Shown: positions 37,790-47,694, counted from the stretch's first letter. The stretch: 53,251 nucleotides of DNA from Bacteriovoracaceae bacterium (GCA_018649885.1 JABIHA010000105.1:1-53251); one strand, 5' to 3'. Notes: generated by a model from the letters alone, not told the origin. Made by a program: numbers and translations.

Positions 37790-39523
37790 TTGAGTAAGGT
37801 GAAGCTGGAATACCTCTTGGTTATTGAAGACCCCCATAAACACATGGCCAAAGTCGTGATTAAGGGAAGGCGCAGCAATGACATGAACCAACTTCGATTC
37901 TTTCTACCGGCATGGTGCCCTGGCTCTTATATGATTCGTGACTATGCCAGGCATATAGTTTCGCTGCAGGCGATGCAAGGAAATGGAGAAGTACTACATT
38001 GCATCAAGGAGACCAAGTCTACTTGGGTAATTGACTGGGATAAGTCTGAGCTGTCAAATCAGGGCCTAGACTTCGAATTAGTCTATCAAATTTATTGCTT
38101 TCAAATTTCCGTGAGAAGTTCATATATAGACGTTTCACACGCCTTTATTAATGGACCAGGGACCTTTATGGGTCTGGTAGATCACCCGGTGGAGGAACCC
38201 ACTTTGGAGGTTGTTTTCCCCCAGCTTTGGTCCAAAATTTCAACTTCGCTTGAAGATATTTCGCCTACAAGAGATGTTTTTTTATTCAAGGCAGATGACT
38301 ATGATTCTTTTATCGATTGTCCTCTAGAGATTGGATGTCACGATACTGATGGCTTTATGCACGGAGGGGTTCCCTTTGAATTGGCCTTTTATGGAAGAGT
38401 GCTCCAACACAAAAACCAACTTAAGGCCGATATAAAAAGAATTGTGGAGTATATATCAACTCTTTGGGGAAATATTCCTTTTGATAAGTATTGTTTTATC
38501 TCACATTTTTTAAGAAATCAGTTTGGTGGACTTGAACATGGAAACTCCTCAGTGCTTATTTTCGATAGTGCTCTTCTCGGAAAAAGAAAAGAGTACCTCG
38601 ACTATTTGAGTCTTGTGGCACACGAGTATTTCCACGCTTGGAATATAAAAAAAATAAGGCCCATTGAGTTGGGTCCTTTTGATTATCAAAAAGAGAATTA
38701 CACAACTCTTCTATGGCTAGTTGAGGGTTTGACCACTTATATGGATGATCTGATAGTTTTTCGAACAGGCATTGGGCAGCTCGAAGAGTATTTAGAAATA
38801 ATTAAGAATACTTTAAAGAAATACGATAAAAATGCAGGGAAAAGATTCCAAACTTTAGAGGAGGCATCTTTTGATGCTTGGATAAAATTATACAATATTG
38901 ATGAAAATTTTAAAAATTCCAATGTTTGTTATTATAGCAAAGGAAAGCTTGTCTTTATGGCCTTGCATATTCTGTTTTTTGAAAAGGGAGTCCCTTTTAG
39001 TGAATTCCTGAAGGCACTGTGGAATCTCCATCAGGGTAGGCCTTCAGTTGGAATTAAAAGCGAGGAAGTCTTTCAGATTGTAGAGGGTCTTGCTGGCGTG
39101 GAAGTTTGTGATGAATTTACCAGAATGATTTCAACCACTGAAGATATTGATTTTGATTTTCTCTTTAAAAAAATTGGGATCAATATAAAAAGAGCGCCAG
39201 GGGCAAGTGTCAGTATTGGTGCCAGTGTGCACATCAAAGATTCGTGTCGAGTATTTGTAAAAGAGGTGGAACTTGATGGGTCAGCTTTTAAGGCGGGACT
39301 GAATCCTGGAGACGAAATAATTGGTGTTGATGGAGTAAGGATACTTGCCGAAGATTTAAAAATATTTCCAGATTGCTTAGGAGTAGATACGCGGGTGCGT
39401 TTTCAAGTTTCTCGGGCGGGACAGTTGATGGAAGTCGATACTATCACTGAAGCTGAGGGTCTAGTGGTACAAGGACTTGAAGTGCTCGATCAAAATTTAG
39501 TGACTAATTGTTTTATGAATTGA
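37790..39523 (+). CDS. M61 family aminopeptidase with C-terminal PDZ
   Basis: PAWCPGSY.IRDYAR, GGLEH, AHEYFHAWNIK.IRP, LW..EGLT.Y, YYSKG, AGLNPGDEII. Confidence 0.93.
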   Translation: MSKVKLEYLLVIEDPHKHMAKVVIKGRRSNDMNQLRFFLPAWCPGSYMIRDYARHIVSLQAMQGNGEVLHCIKETKSTWVIDWDKSELSNQGLDFELVYQIYCFQISVRSSYIDVSHAFINGPGTFMGLVDHPVEEPTLEVVFPQLWSKISTSLEDISPTRDVFLFKADDYDSFIDCPLEIGCHDTDGFMHGGVPFELAFYGRVLQHKNQLKADIKRIVEYISTLWGNIPFDKYCFISHFLRNQFGGLEHGNSSVLIFDSALLGKRKEYLDYLSLVAHEYFHAWNIKKIRPIELGPFDYQKENYTTLLWLVEGLTTYMDDLIVFRTGIGQLEEYLEIIKNTLKKYDKNAGKRFQTLEEASFDAWIKLYNIDENFKNSNVCYYSKGKLVFMALHILFFEKGVPFSEFLKALWNLHQGRPSVGIKSEEVFQIVEGLAGVEVCDEFTRMISTTEDIDFDFLFKKIGINIKRAPGASVSIGASVHIKDSCRVFVKEVELDGSAFKAGLNPGDEIIGVDGVRILAEDLKIFPDCLGVDTRVRFQVSRAGQLMEVDTITEAEGLVVQGLEVLDQNLVTNCFMN

Positions 39524-39956
39524 TCCAAGCTATCGCCACAATCTCACGGTAAGCCTCACAATTTCTTCTTTCCACTGAAAACTCACCTTCAAAGCTTATT
39601 TGATCTTTGAGGCAAGAAAATTTATCTTTCTCAATGACAATATTTGAAAGGACGATTTTTGTTTTAGGATTTTTTTCATGGAAAAGTGGCCACAGGGATT
39701 TGTAGCAGGCTTCTTTAATACACCATATCTCTAGGGGGGAAAATCCCAACGCAAGCTCTTTACTCCCTATGAAAAATCGGTGTGTTGCCGGATCAATTTT
39801 TCTGCCTTCAAACTCTACATCCACTCCAATACTCGAATATTCGTCTTTTTTTGCTGCCACACTAGCTGCCAGAGCAAGCAATGTGTCTTTATTATGAGTA
39901 TGGGACTTACTGACAACGATTTCCTGGTGGTCCACAAGGTATTGATAGTTGATCAT
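39513..39956 (-). CDS. 4'-phosphopantetheinyl transferase (EntD/Sfp-like); start possibly further upstream
   Basis: S.SH, IGVDVE, WCIKEACYKSL motifs; frame open to 40124 without ATG/GTG/TTG. Confidence 0.78.
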   Translation of the reverse strand: MINYQYLVDHQEIVVSKSHTHNKDTLLALAASVAAKKDEYSSIGVDVEFEGRKIDPATHRFFIGSKELALGFSPLEIWCIKEACYKSLWPLFHEKNPKTKIVLSNIVIEKDKFSCLKDQISFEGEFSVERRNCEAYREIVAIAWINS

Positions 39957-40179
39957 CTCAAGACTGACCGGGTCTTTTTTACACAGGTTTTGAAAGGCCT
40001 TAGTGAGACTAAGGTTTGCCAGGTCTTGCAGCGTGACCTCCTTAGAGAGTAGGCATGCAGTTTGATGAAAAGAGATGTTTCTACTCAGTGTGTCACCGCT
40101 AGTTTTTACGTCTTTACTTGAATTTTAAAGTTTATTTTGCCATAAGTAATAGAAAGTATCTAATTTTTGGAGAGAGGCT

Positions 40180-40332
40180 ATGCCATTTAATCCTGATGCC
40201 GTCATGGCCAAAATTGCATTTGTTATTACAGCGACTATTCTTGTTTGTCTTACCAAAGTTAGGGCAATGGACCATGCAGACATGAGCTTTAATATTGAAG
40301 TACCGGCCATTATAAAATCTATCACCAAGTAA
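40180..40332 (+). CDS. Small (50 aa) putative secreted/membrane peptide, not in the ORF track
   Basis: GGAGAGAGG RBS then ATG; MPFNPDAVMAKIAFVITATILVCLTKVRAMDHADMSFNIEVPAIIKSITK*. Confidence 0.55.
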   Translation: MPFNPDAVMAKIAFVITATILVCLTKVRAMDHADMSFNIEVPAIIKSITK

Positions 40333-40510
40333 AATGCTCCAGTAATTGCTCCATTTTTTTAGGTCAAACCTTTCTTAAATTAGTAAATTCATTAGTTTTA
40401 TGTTTACACCAACTCGAATAATCTGCTTTAATTAGCCTTTGTCGGTTACAGGCATCCCACTTATCCAGACACGCTCAATATTACTATATAAAAAACCAGG
40501 AGTTTCCAAG

Positions 40511-42673
40511 ATGGCAGAGACTAATTATCGAATGTTAGCAAAACAACAGGCTACAAACAGACCAATGAGAGTGGGAAAATTGCACCCTGAGAGTGTTGAA
40601 AAATTTTATAGTGAGAACACATTTAATGTTTACACCGCAGAAGGGATTCCCTCAACCTTGAAAAAAGAATTGGTACCAGGACAATCGCTATCTAAAGAGC
40701 AAGCTGATTTAGTTGCTGCGGCCGTTTCAAAATGGGCCATCTCAAAAGGTGTGAGTCACTTTTCACATTGGTTTCAGCCTTTGACTGGCTCCACGGCAGA
40801 AAAACATGATGCTCTACTAGATTTCAAAAATAATCTACCCATACAAAGACTAACTGGAAAAATGTTGATGCAAGGTGAGCCCGATGCTTCATCTTTTCCT
40901 CATGGTGGCTCAAGGTCTACCTTCGAGGCCCGCGGCTACACATCTTGGGATGTGACATCTCCTATTTTTATTATGGAAGGTGGAAATGGCAAAACCATGT
41001 GCATTCCCACTGCTTTTGTCAGCTACACTGGAGATGCTCTAGATATTAAAACTCCACTTCTTAGATCCATTACAAGACTTTCAGATGCGGCCACAAAGTT
41101 TATGCATTTAACAGGCAATACTGACGTTGAATTTGTTCAAACTAACTGTGGACCAGAACAAGAATATTTTCTGGTTGATAAGGCCTTTTATTATCAAAGA
41201 CCGGATCTAATCATGACAGGGAGAACACTATTTGGCTCACTGACGGCAAGAAATCAACAGCTCGATGATCACTACTTTGGCACCATCCCTTCAAGAGTTG
41301 AAAACTTCATGCAAGAGCTTGAAATAGAGCTCTACCGCGTGGGAATTCCCGCCAAGACAAGACATAATGAAGTGGCACCAGGCCAATTTGAGCTGGCCCC
41401 AATTTTTGAAGATGCCAATATTGCAGCCGATCACAATCAGTTGACTATGGCGCTGATCAAAAAAGTGGCAGAGAAACACGATTTTGTCGCCCTTCTTCAC
41501 GAAAAACCATTTGCTGGAATCAATGGCTCCGGAAAGCATCTCAATTGGTCCATGTCAGATAATCTTGGTCGAAACCTACTGGAACCAGGTCCAAAACCTC
41601 ATCAAAATAACAGATTCCTAGCGGTCACGGCCATGGTTTGTGAAGCAGTTCATAGACATGCTGATGTTATTAGAGGTTCTGTTGCAAGTCACGGCAACGA
41701 CCATAGACTTGGCGCTAATGAAGCACCACCAAGTATTATTTCCGTATTTTTAGGTGAGACTATTGAAAGAATTTTTGATGCCGTTAGAGAGGGGGCTTCA
41801 TTTGATTCAAAAGGAGAAAAATTTCTCGATATGGGTGCAGAACAACTGGGCAGGTTAACTAAAGATAACACTGATCGAAATAGAACATCTCCTTTTGCTT
41901 TTACTGGCAATCGCTTTGAGTTTAGAGCTGTTGGATCAAGTGCTACCATTGGTTTTCCTCTGACCATTGTAAATGCTGCAGTCACTGAACTACTCGTGGA
42001 AAGTAACATTTTAATTGAAGCAGATTTAAAAGCTGGAAAGTCAATTGATGAGGCCCTTGAAAATCTTACTAGAAAATGGGTTAAAAGTAGTGAAAAAGTT
42101 ATTTTTAGTGGTGACGGTTACTCAGATGAGTGGGTGAAAGAAGCTGCTAAAAGAGGGCTTCCTAATCTTAGAACATCAGCAGATGCATTTGCCGTATTTG
42201 ACGATGTGTCCAAGACCAAGTTTTTAACTGAAACAGGTGTTTTCACTGAATCAGAAATCCAAACTAGGTACAATGTTGCAATTGAGCGTTACAACCAGCT
42301 TAGAGAAATAGAATTTCAAACTCAGATCCGTATGATTGAGCAGCATGTAATCCCACATGTGGTGAAGTATAAATCTGAATTGGTATCTGTTATCAACGGC
42401 CAAAAGTCAGCTGGAGTTGAAGGACATGTTGAAAAAGAGCTTTTAAAAAGAATTAATTTTTCAGCAGAGTCTCTTTATTCAGTTACAGGTGAACTTCGCG
42501 GAAAATTGGAGGAGACATTTGCAAAAGAAGATAAGGCTTGTTCATTTTCATGTGCAACAGAGCTTCTTCCACTTTCACAAAAAGCAGCTGATCTTTGTAA
42601 CGAGATCGAAGAGATTACTCCTGATAAGGTATGGCAGCTTCCGACTTACCTAGATATGTTATTTGTTAGATAA
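40511..42673 (+). CDS. glnA: Glutamine synthetase type III
   Basis: HWFQPLTG.TAEKHD, GEPDASSFP.GG.R.TFEARGY, HNEVAPGQFE, NGSGKH.NWS, HRLGANEAPP, DRNRTSPFAFTGNRFEFR; AGGAG RBS before ATG 40511. Confidence 0.96.
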   Translation: MAETNYRMLAKQQATNRPMRVGKLHPESVEKFYSENTFNVYTAEGIPSTLKKELVPGQSLSKEQADLVAAAVSKWAISKGVSHFSHWFQPLTGSTAEKHDALLDFKNNLPIQRLTGKMLMQGEPDASSFPHGGSRSTFEARGYTSWDVTSPIFIMEGGNGKTMCIPTAFVSYTGDALDIKTPLLRSITRLSDAATKFMHLTGNTDVEFVQTNCGPEQEYFLVDKAFYYQRPDLIMTGRTLFGSLTARNQQLDDHYFGTIPSRVENFMQELEIELYRVGIPAKTRHNEVAPGQFELAPIFEDANIAADHNQLTMALIKKVAEKHDFVALLHEKPFAGINGSGKHLNWSMSDNLGRNLLEPGPKPHQNNRFLAVTAMVCEAVHRHADVIRGSVASHGNDHRLGANEAPPSIISVFLGETIERIFDAVREGASFDSKGEKFLDMGAEQLGRLTKDNTDRNRTSPFAFTGNRFEFRAVGSSATIGFPLTIVNAAVTELLVESNILIEADLKAGKSIDEALENLTRKWVKSSEKVIFSGDGYSDEWVKEAAKRGLPNLRTSADAFAVFDDVSKTKFLTETGVFTESEIQTRYNVAIERYNQLREIEFQTQIRMIEQHVIPHVVKYKSELVSVINGQKSAGVEGHVEKELLKRINFSAESLYSVTGELRGKLEETFAKEDKACSFSCATELLPLSQKAADLCNEIEEITPDKVWQLPTYLDMLFVR

Positions 42674-42685
42674 TGAGTTTTTTTG

Positions 42686-42708
42686 GGGGCAGGAATTTTC
42701 CTGCCTTC
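42686..42708. terminator. Hairpin between convergent glnA and lipoprotein genes
   Basis: ggcagga-attt-tcctgcc stem; no good downstream U-tract on either strand. Confidence 0.45.
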
Positions 42709-42734
42709 ACTTCAAAATGGGTCCAGTATATTTT

Positions 42735-42977
42735 TTAATTAATGGGATTAGCATTACATGGTCCGATGGCATCGCAACGGACTTTATAGTTTTGCTGTTT
42801 TCCACAACCTTTGGCACCAAATTCCATAATCTTAAATTGAATTGTTTTTATATTTTTTTCGGGGCAGTTAAAGTCATAGCTGGCCCTTTTTATCACTACA
42901 GACTCAAAGTTGGGGATGGGTCCACCAGTACTAGCACAACCTGAAAAGACAAAAAGTAGAAGAAAACTCCATTTCAT
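42735..42977 (-). CDS. Small Cys-rich lipoprotein
   Basis: GGAGG RBS; FSGC lipobox; RASYDFNCP...GAKGCGK..Y...C. Confidence 0.8.
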   Translation of the reverse strand: MKWSFLLLFVFSGCASTGGPIPNFESVVIKRASYDFNCPEKNIKTIQFKIMEFGAKGCGKQQNYKVRCDAIGPCNANPIN

Positions 42978-42991
42978 AAATAACCTCCAGG

Positions 42992-44284
42992 CTATATCTT
43001 ACCCTCTTCCTTAAGTTTCTCAAGATGCTTTTTAATATTCTCCATGGCGAGAACTTTCAGTCTTCTATCAAGAGAAGGATAAATTTCATCGTATATTTGA
43101 TCACTATCATGTCCAGTATCATGGAGTCTTTTAATTTGTCCTTCTCTCATTATTCTGTGATTGTATACAGTTTTTATCCGGTTAATGCCTCCGGTGGGAA
43201 AACCGTGAGAGGGAAAAATAAATTGTGGGGATAGCTCCATCACTTTTTCTAGGCTAGTCATATAGCTTTTCATATTACCTTCTTCGCCACCAATGACTAC
43301 GGTGCCTATCCCTTGAATCAAATCTCCCACAATAAACCACTCAGGAGTTTGTGCAACCCCCGCCTGCCTAGGATAGAGACCCAACTGACCACGGTCGTGG
43401 CCTGGGGTACTCATGACAATAACATCTTTGTCGTTCCACACAGTTAAAATATCTCCATCTTTAGATAAGACTATTTCGACTCCCTCAAAATAATGATCAC
43501 CTTTTTTAGATAACGCTCTACTGTGCGAGTCCTGGCTAATAAAAATGGGAATTCCAAGTTTTCTTGCGAGATCAGGAGCATGCTGATGGTGATCTGGGTG
43601 ATGATGGGTGATGAATATTTTTTTTAAAGGTAAATCTTTTACCGTGTTAACAAGTAGATCAAAACTATCACGATCTTTAGGGGAGGGATCGATTAAAACA
43701 TCTCCCAGAAAAAAGCAATTAGTGTGCTCTGCAGGTGGGATAGAATAAGAAGGGACAATGATCTGAAATATTCCTCCCAAAAATTCGAGAGTGGGTAGTG
43801 TTCCAGTGGCCCAAGTGGGAGTTATGGTATCTGGAAGATCTGCGCCTTCAAAAAATCTCTTCATGGGATAGACCATGAGCCGTAGGCCTTGATGGTACTC
43901 ATTAAGAACCTCGGAAGGGAGCATCCATTTTCCTTCAGAGTGTTCATTATGCTCTCTACTAATTTTAGTAACATCTAATTCAATATCTTTTTTGACTTCA
44001 ACTCGGTAGAGAGTATTTTCCACCCGAATGGGGAAAAATTTGGGAGATAGAAGGCAGGTCACTTTTTGTGGTGGACCAAACAGGCAACTATCGTCCAAAT
44101 CAATTTCTAATTCTTCAAAGGCCTCTCTTTTGAGGGCCTCGTGGTCACTTTCACCACTTGCAATTTTCCCACCGGGAAAAGAGGTGTAGCCAGGCCACTG
44201 CAGTAGAGAGTTCTTTCTAACTACGACAAAGTATTTTGAATCTCTCTGGAGGACTAGTGAGACGGCTTTCAGCAAACGTTCCAA
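42992..44284 (-). CDS. NUDIX hydrolase / metallo-beta-lactamase (LACTB2-like) fusion protein
   Basis: FPGGKIASGESDHEALKREAFEE Nudix box; THHHPDH, TPGH, GD and PSHG MBL motifs; C-terminal HLEKL.EEG. Confidence 0.88.
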   Translation of the reverse strand: MERLLKAVSLVLQRDSKYFVVVRKNSLLQWPGYTSFPGGKIASGESDHEALKREAFEELEIDLDDSCLFGPPQKVTCLLSPKFFPIRVENTLYRVEVKKDIELDVTKISREHNEHSEGKWMLPSEVLNEYHQGLRLMVYPMKRFFEGADLPDTITPTWATGTLPTLEFLGGIFQIIVPSYSIPPAEHTNCFFLGDVLIDPSPKDRDSFDLLVNTVKDLPLKKIFITHHHPDHHQHAPDLARKLGIPIFISQDSHSRALSKKGDHYFEGVEIVLSKDGDILTVWNDKDVIVMSTPGHDRGQLGLYPRQAGVAQTPEWFIVGDLIQGIGTVVIGGEEGNMKSYMTSLEKVMELSPQFIFPSHGFPTGGINRIKTVYNHRIMREGQIKRLHDTGHDSDQIYDEIYPSLDRRLKVLAMENIKKHLEKLKEEGKI

Positions 44285-45564
44285 TCTTCAACCTTTTCTT
44301 TAGTATCTCTATGTATGGCATAAATGCCTATATTCCTTGGTGAAATTGTTTCATCAAAGAGTTCTAGTATTTCAACATGGTGACCATTTTCTTGCAAGTG
44401 TATGGCGCGGTCATATAGTAATATATGTTCAAGTGAGCGGCCCAATTGGTTTCTGATAATATTGGCCACCAGAAGCCCGTGAACAATCTTTTGAATTTCT
44501 GGGCCTCTAAAGAAATCATCAAGTTCTGAGTCTTTCATCTCAGGATCTAACTTCAATCTCTTAAACTGCTCGCGGGCATAATCTGGAAATGAACCTCTAT
44601 AAAGAAAGGGTTTAGAGGGACCCAGGGGAATAAAGTCTTTCATATCAAAGCGATGAAATAATAAAAGGTGAAAGGCCCAGCGATAATACTTTACTCTATT
44701 TTTCAAATCAAACCCATTTCGGTCAACCTCACGGTGGGACCTGGTGGCGAGAGTTAAGGCCTCAAAGCTCCATGGAAAAAGATCGTCTTGTGCGTGACTA
44801 GATAAATTGGTTGTTTTTAAACTAGCTATTTTAAAATAGCAGCAACCTAGATTTAAAAGGCGATGTCCTGGAGAGTTATTAAATAGCTCTAGGTGGCGAT
44901 TGGCCAAGTCTCCACAGGTATGAAGCCCAATAGAAAGAGTTTGATTATCAAATAGATTTTCAATTCTAGCGCATTGATCAGTTAGATCGTGATGGCAAAA
45001 TCTAACTGCTGGAGCCTGTTTTGTTTTGTACCTTAGGTCGCGTTTTTGACCAAGCTCTTGTAGTTTTTGATCAGAGTCTACAGAAGTAGTTTTTATATTC
45101 CACTTGTGTGCTAGGAAGTGGGATAAGTGTCCTTTTCCTCCACATAAATCAACAATTTTTAAATTTGTATCTAGCTTTTTTACCTCTCCTACAAAGTGAC
45201 AGAGGTGGGCCAGTTCATGATGTTTTTTATTTTTAATTTTAAAAATACTATGACTACCAAAGTACTGAAGCCAATCTTTTTGAACAATTTTTGCCCTGGC
45301 CTGAGTAAGATGGTCTAACTTTTCAAAGTACTCTCTAAGCTCAGGCAAATTAATTACGCTGAAGTTTTTTTGGCACTCAAGCTGGTACAGTTGATCGAAA
45401 TTTAGAGACTCTAATTCTTCTATCCAGGCAAGAGCGTAGTGTTCAAGTTGACCCGGATAATAGTCAATAATCTCCCGATTCCAAATAGGTTGGTATTTTA
45501 AAACGCAGCGCTTAACTCGCTGATAGTGATCTGTTAGTCTCTTATCCACCACACTTTCTAGCAC
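44269..45564 (-). CDS. SAM-dependent methyltransferase (METTL25/RRNAD1-like)
   Basis: KKHHE, VDLCGGKGHL, GLHTCGDL, GCCY, LE..LLYDR, FD..ISPRN. Confidence 0.85.
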   Translation of the reverse strand: MLESVVDKRLTDHYQRVKRCVLKYQPIWNREIIDYYPGQLEHYALAWIEELESLNFDQLYQLECQKNFSVINLPELREYFEKLDHLTQARAKIVQKDWLQYFGSHSIFKIKNKKHHELAHLCHFVGEVKKLDTNLKIVDLCGGKGHLSHFLAHKWNIKTTSVDSDQKLQELGQKRDLRYKTKQAPAVRFCHHDLTDQCARIENLFDNQTLSIGLHTCGDLANRHLELFNNSPGHRLLNLGCCYFKIASLKTTNLSSHAQDDLFPWSFEALTLATRSHREVDRNGFDLKNRVKYYRWAFHLLLFHRFDMKDFIPLGPSKPFLYRGSFPDYAREQFKRLKLDPEMKDSELDDFFRGPEIQKIVHGLLVANIIRNQLGRSLEHILLYDRAIHLQENGHHVEILELFDETISPRNIGIYAIHRDTKEKVEDWNVC

Positions 45565-45622
45565 AATTCTTTAGCGGGTGGTAGACTGACAAGTGTCTAG
45601 AGTCACTTTTTGGAGAGTATCG

Positions 45623-46948
45623 ATGGAAAAAAAGGCCTTGGTATTTGGCATGGGCGTTTCAGGATTATCAGCGCTTAAATTATTGATGGAAAGGGGCTTT
45701 TGCGTCACTGCCATCAGTTCCGGTCCCACCCAAGATTGGAAATACCGTAAAGAAATTGAAGCTTACGGCGCGCGAGTTGTGTGCCTAAGTGAAAAAGATG
45801 CAATGCAAGAATTTCCTGATGCACAGTTTGCTGTGCTCAGTCCTGGAATTTCAAGACAGCACCCACTGGTTACTCATTTTGGAGAACAAAAGATTGAGGT
45901 GATTTCTGAAATTGAATTGGGCTTTCGTTTCTTTGAAGGCCAGGCCAAAATTGTGGCGATCACAGGCTCCAATGGAAAAACGACTACCTGTAAGCTTCTT
46001 ACCCATCTTTTAAAAAGTTGTCAGAAAAAAGTATTTTGCGGAGGCAATATTGGAGATGGTTTTTGTGAGTTTATTGCAAGTGAGGCGGACGTTGATGTGA
46101 TGGTGCTTGAGCTTTCAAGTTTTCAGCTGGAATCCATAAGGGATTTTCATCCAGATGTTGCAGTGATTTTAAATATGACTCCCACTCACATGGAGCGCTA
46201 CAATCACTTTGAAGATTATGCCAAGGCCAAGTGGAATCTAGCGAGTGCTCTCCACGCCGATGATACCCTCATATATAACAGCGACTCTGAGCTTATGGGG
46301 CATTGGTCTAAGTTTATTAAATCAAAAAAAATTACGGTGGGTAGTGAATTTGTCAGCTCTGAGTATCCAAAGCTTGGTATAGAGGAGTTCTTTCATTTAA
46401 AAGGTGAGCACAGTAAACAAAATCTTTTATTTTGCCTTGAAGTACTTACGGCCTTAAATATTGATTTACATTTAAATGAACTCAAACAGTCTCTTGATAC
46501 TTTTGAGGGGGTTGGTCATCGGCTAGAGCGGCTTTCCTCCGGTGTTCAATTTGAAGTCTATAACGATGCTAAGTCGACGAATTTTTTTTCCACCAAAAAA
46601 GCTATTGAAGCTCTGCTTGTGGATGGAGCTATTTCACTTGTTCTAGGTGGAAAGCTTAGAAGTGACAGCATCATCCCTTCTGAGCAAATCGAGTTCTATA
46701 AAGCTTCTGTTGAGCAAATTCTTTTGATTGGAGAGTCTAGCTCCAGCTATTCACAGGCCTTTGGAAAATGTGACAAAGTTTTCGTGCTTGATGATTTAGA
46801 AGGCCTTTCAAATTTTATTAATGAAGGTAGGCTTCAGGCTAAAATTCTTCTTTTTTCCCCGGCACATCCATCATTTGATCAGTTCAAAAATTATGTAGAT
46901 AGGGGTGAGCAATTTAAAAAGATGGTGGCCTTACTAGGGCCAAAGTGA
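45623..46948 (+). CDS. murD: UDP-N-acetylmuramoyl-L-alanine--D-glutamate ligase
   Basis: GMGVSG, LSPGI, ITGSNGKTTT, GGNIG, ELSSFQL, HRLE, NDAKSTN, SPA..SFDQF..Y..RG..F; GGAG RBS before ATG 45623. Confidence 0.95.
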   Translation: MEKKALVFGMGVSGLSALKLLMERGFCVTAISSGPTQDWKYRKEIEAYGARVVCLSEKDAMQEFPDAQFAVLSPGISRQHPLVTHFGEQKIEVISEIELGFRFFEGQAKIVAITGSNGKTTTCKLLTHLLKSCQKKVFCGGNIGDGFCEFIASEADVDVMVLELSSFQLESIRDFHPDVAVILNMTPTHMERYNHFEDYAKAKWNLASALHADDTLIYNSDSELMGHWSKFIKSKKITVGSEFVSSEYPKLGIEEFFHLKGEHSKQNLLFCLEVLTALNIDLHLNELKQSLDTFEGVGHRLERLSSGVQFEVYNDAKSTNFFSTKKAIEALLVDGAISLVLGGKLRSDSIIPSEQIEFYKASVEQILLIGESSSSYSQAFGKCDKVFVLDDLEGLSNFINEGRLQAKILLFSPAHPSFDQFKNYVDRGEQFKKMVALLGPK

Positions 46949-47085
46949 CTAATTGCTGCATTACAAATCTTACATTAGGCTGACTATGGCATTGCACGGT
47001 GCGCTTTGTCTTTTAGGATCGAACTCTGTGTGTCACTTTGCTGGGAGAATCGATAATCTTTAATTTACACACAGGGAGATGAATC

Positions 47086-47643
47086 ATGAAAATGCTAATT
47101 TTAGTTGGTCTTATGGTTTCTGCAAGTGCTTTTGCAGATGTAAACGTTAATTTAAATCAAGAAGACAAAAATGTTGGAAGACTTGATCAAACCAGCAGAT
47201 CACCAGGACATTTAACAATTAGAGCAAAGAGAACTTCTATCACACCAGAAGAAGTAGATCTTCACTTTAGCTACAAGTATGAAACTACAGTTTGCGCTCG
47301 TTTTATGACAGATCGTTACTGGGTTCCAGGACATTGTCGTTGGGTTTACAGAGGTGGAAGAAGACACAGAGTATGTTCACGTGGTTACTACAGAACTAGA
47401 ACTTACTGTGCTCGTTACGAACAAGTTGTTCAAACTAAAACAAGAGAAGTTGAATTAGACTTTGAAAAAGCGGCAACACTATCAGCTAGTGATGTTGAAC
47501 TCTTTGAAATCAATATTGAGCAAGAAAGATTTAGAAGTGATGATATTGATCTAACAGCTTCAGTAATTCAATCTGACGAAGCCTATAAAATCAAAATTAA
47601 AAGTGGCATTTCTGGTAAAAAAATTAAGTTTAAGCTTAGATAG
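47086..47643 (+). CDS. Secreted protein with a four-Cys, Arg/aromatic-rich hairpin insert
   Basis: Signal peptide (AFA-D); AGGGAG RBS; own terminator. Confidence 0.85.
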   Translation: MKMLILVGLMVSASAFADVNVNLNQEDKNVGRLDQTSRSPGHLTIRAKRTSITPEEVDLHFSYKYETTVCARFMTDRYWVPGHCRWVYRGGRRHRVCSRGYYRTRTYCARYEQVVQTKTREVELDFEKAATLSASDVELFEINIEQERFRSDDIDLTASVIQSDEAYKIKIKSGISGKKIKFKLR

Positions 47644-47666
47644 TTTATAGGCTAAATACCTATGAT

Positions 47667-47694
47667 AAGAGGGCCCTATAAGGGCCCTTTTTTT
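47667..47694 (+). terminator. Rho-independent terminator
   Basis: agggccct-ata-agggccct followed by a T-run. Confidence 0.88.

Noticed and set aside
37714..37884. N-terminal extension of the IscA-like ORF
   Set aside because: Overlaps the divergent M61 gene head-to-head and lacks family similarity; real start is 37713 or 37686
40125..40328. 67-aa minus-strand ORF in frame with the PPTase (possible stop readthrough)
   Set aside because: It is the antisense shadow of the plus-strand 50-aa ORF, which has the better RBS; no PPTase-like sequence
40335..40353. TGCTCCA direct repeat upstream of glnA as an NtrC site
   Set aside because: Only half-site similarity, and no correctly spaced -24/-12 element found before glnA
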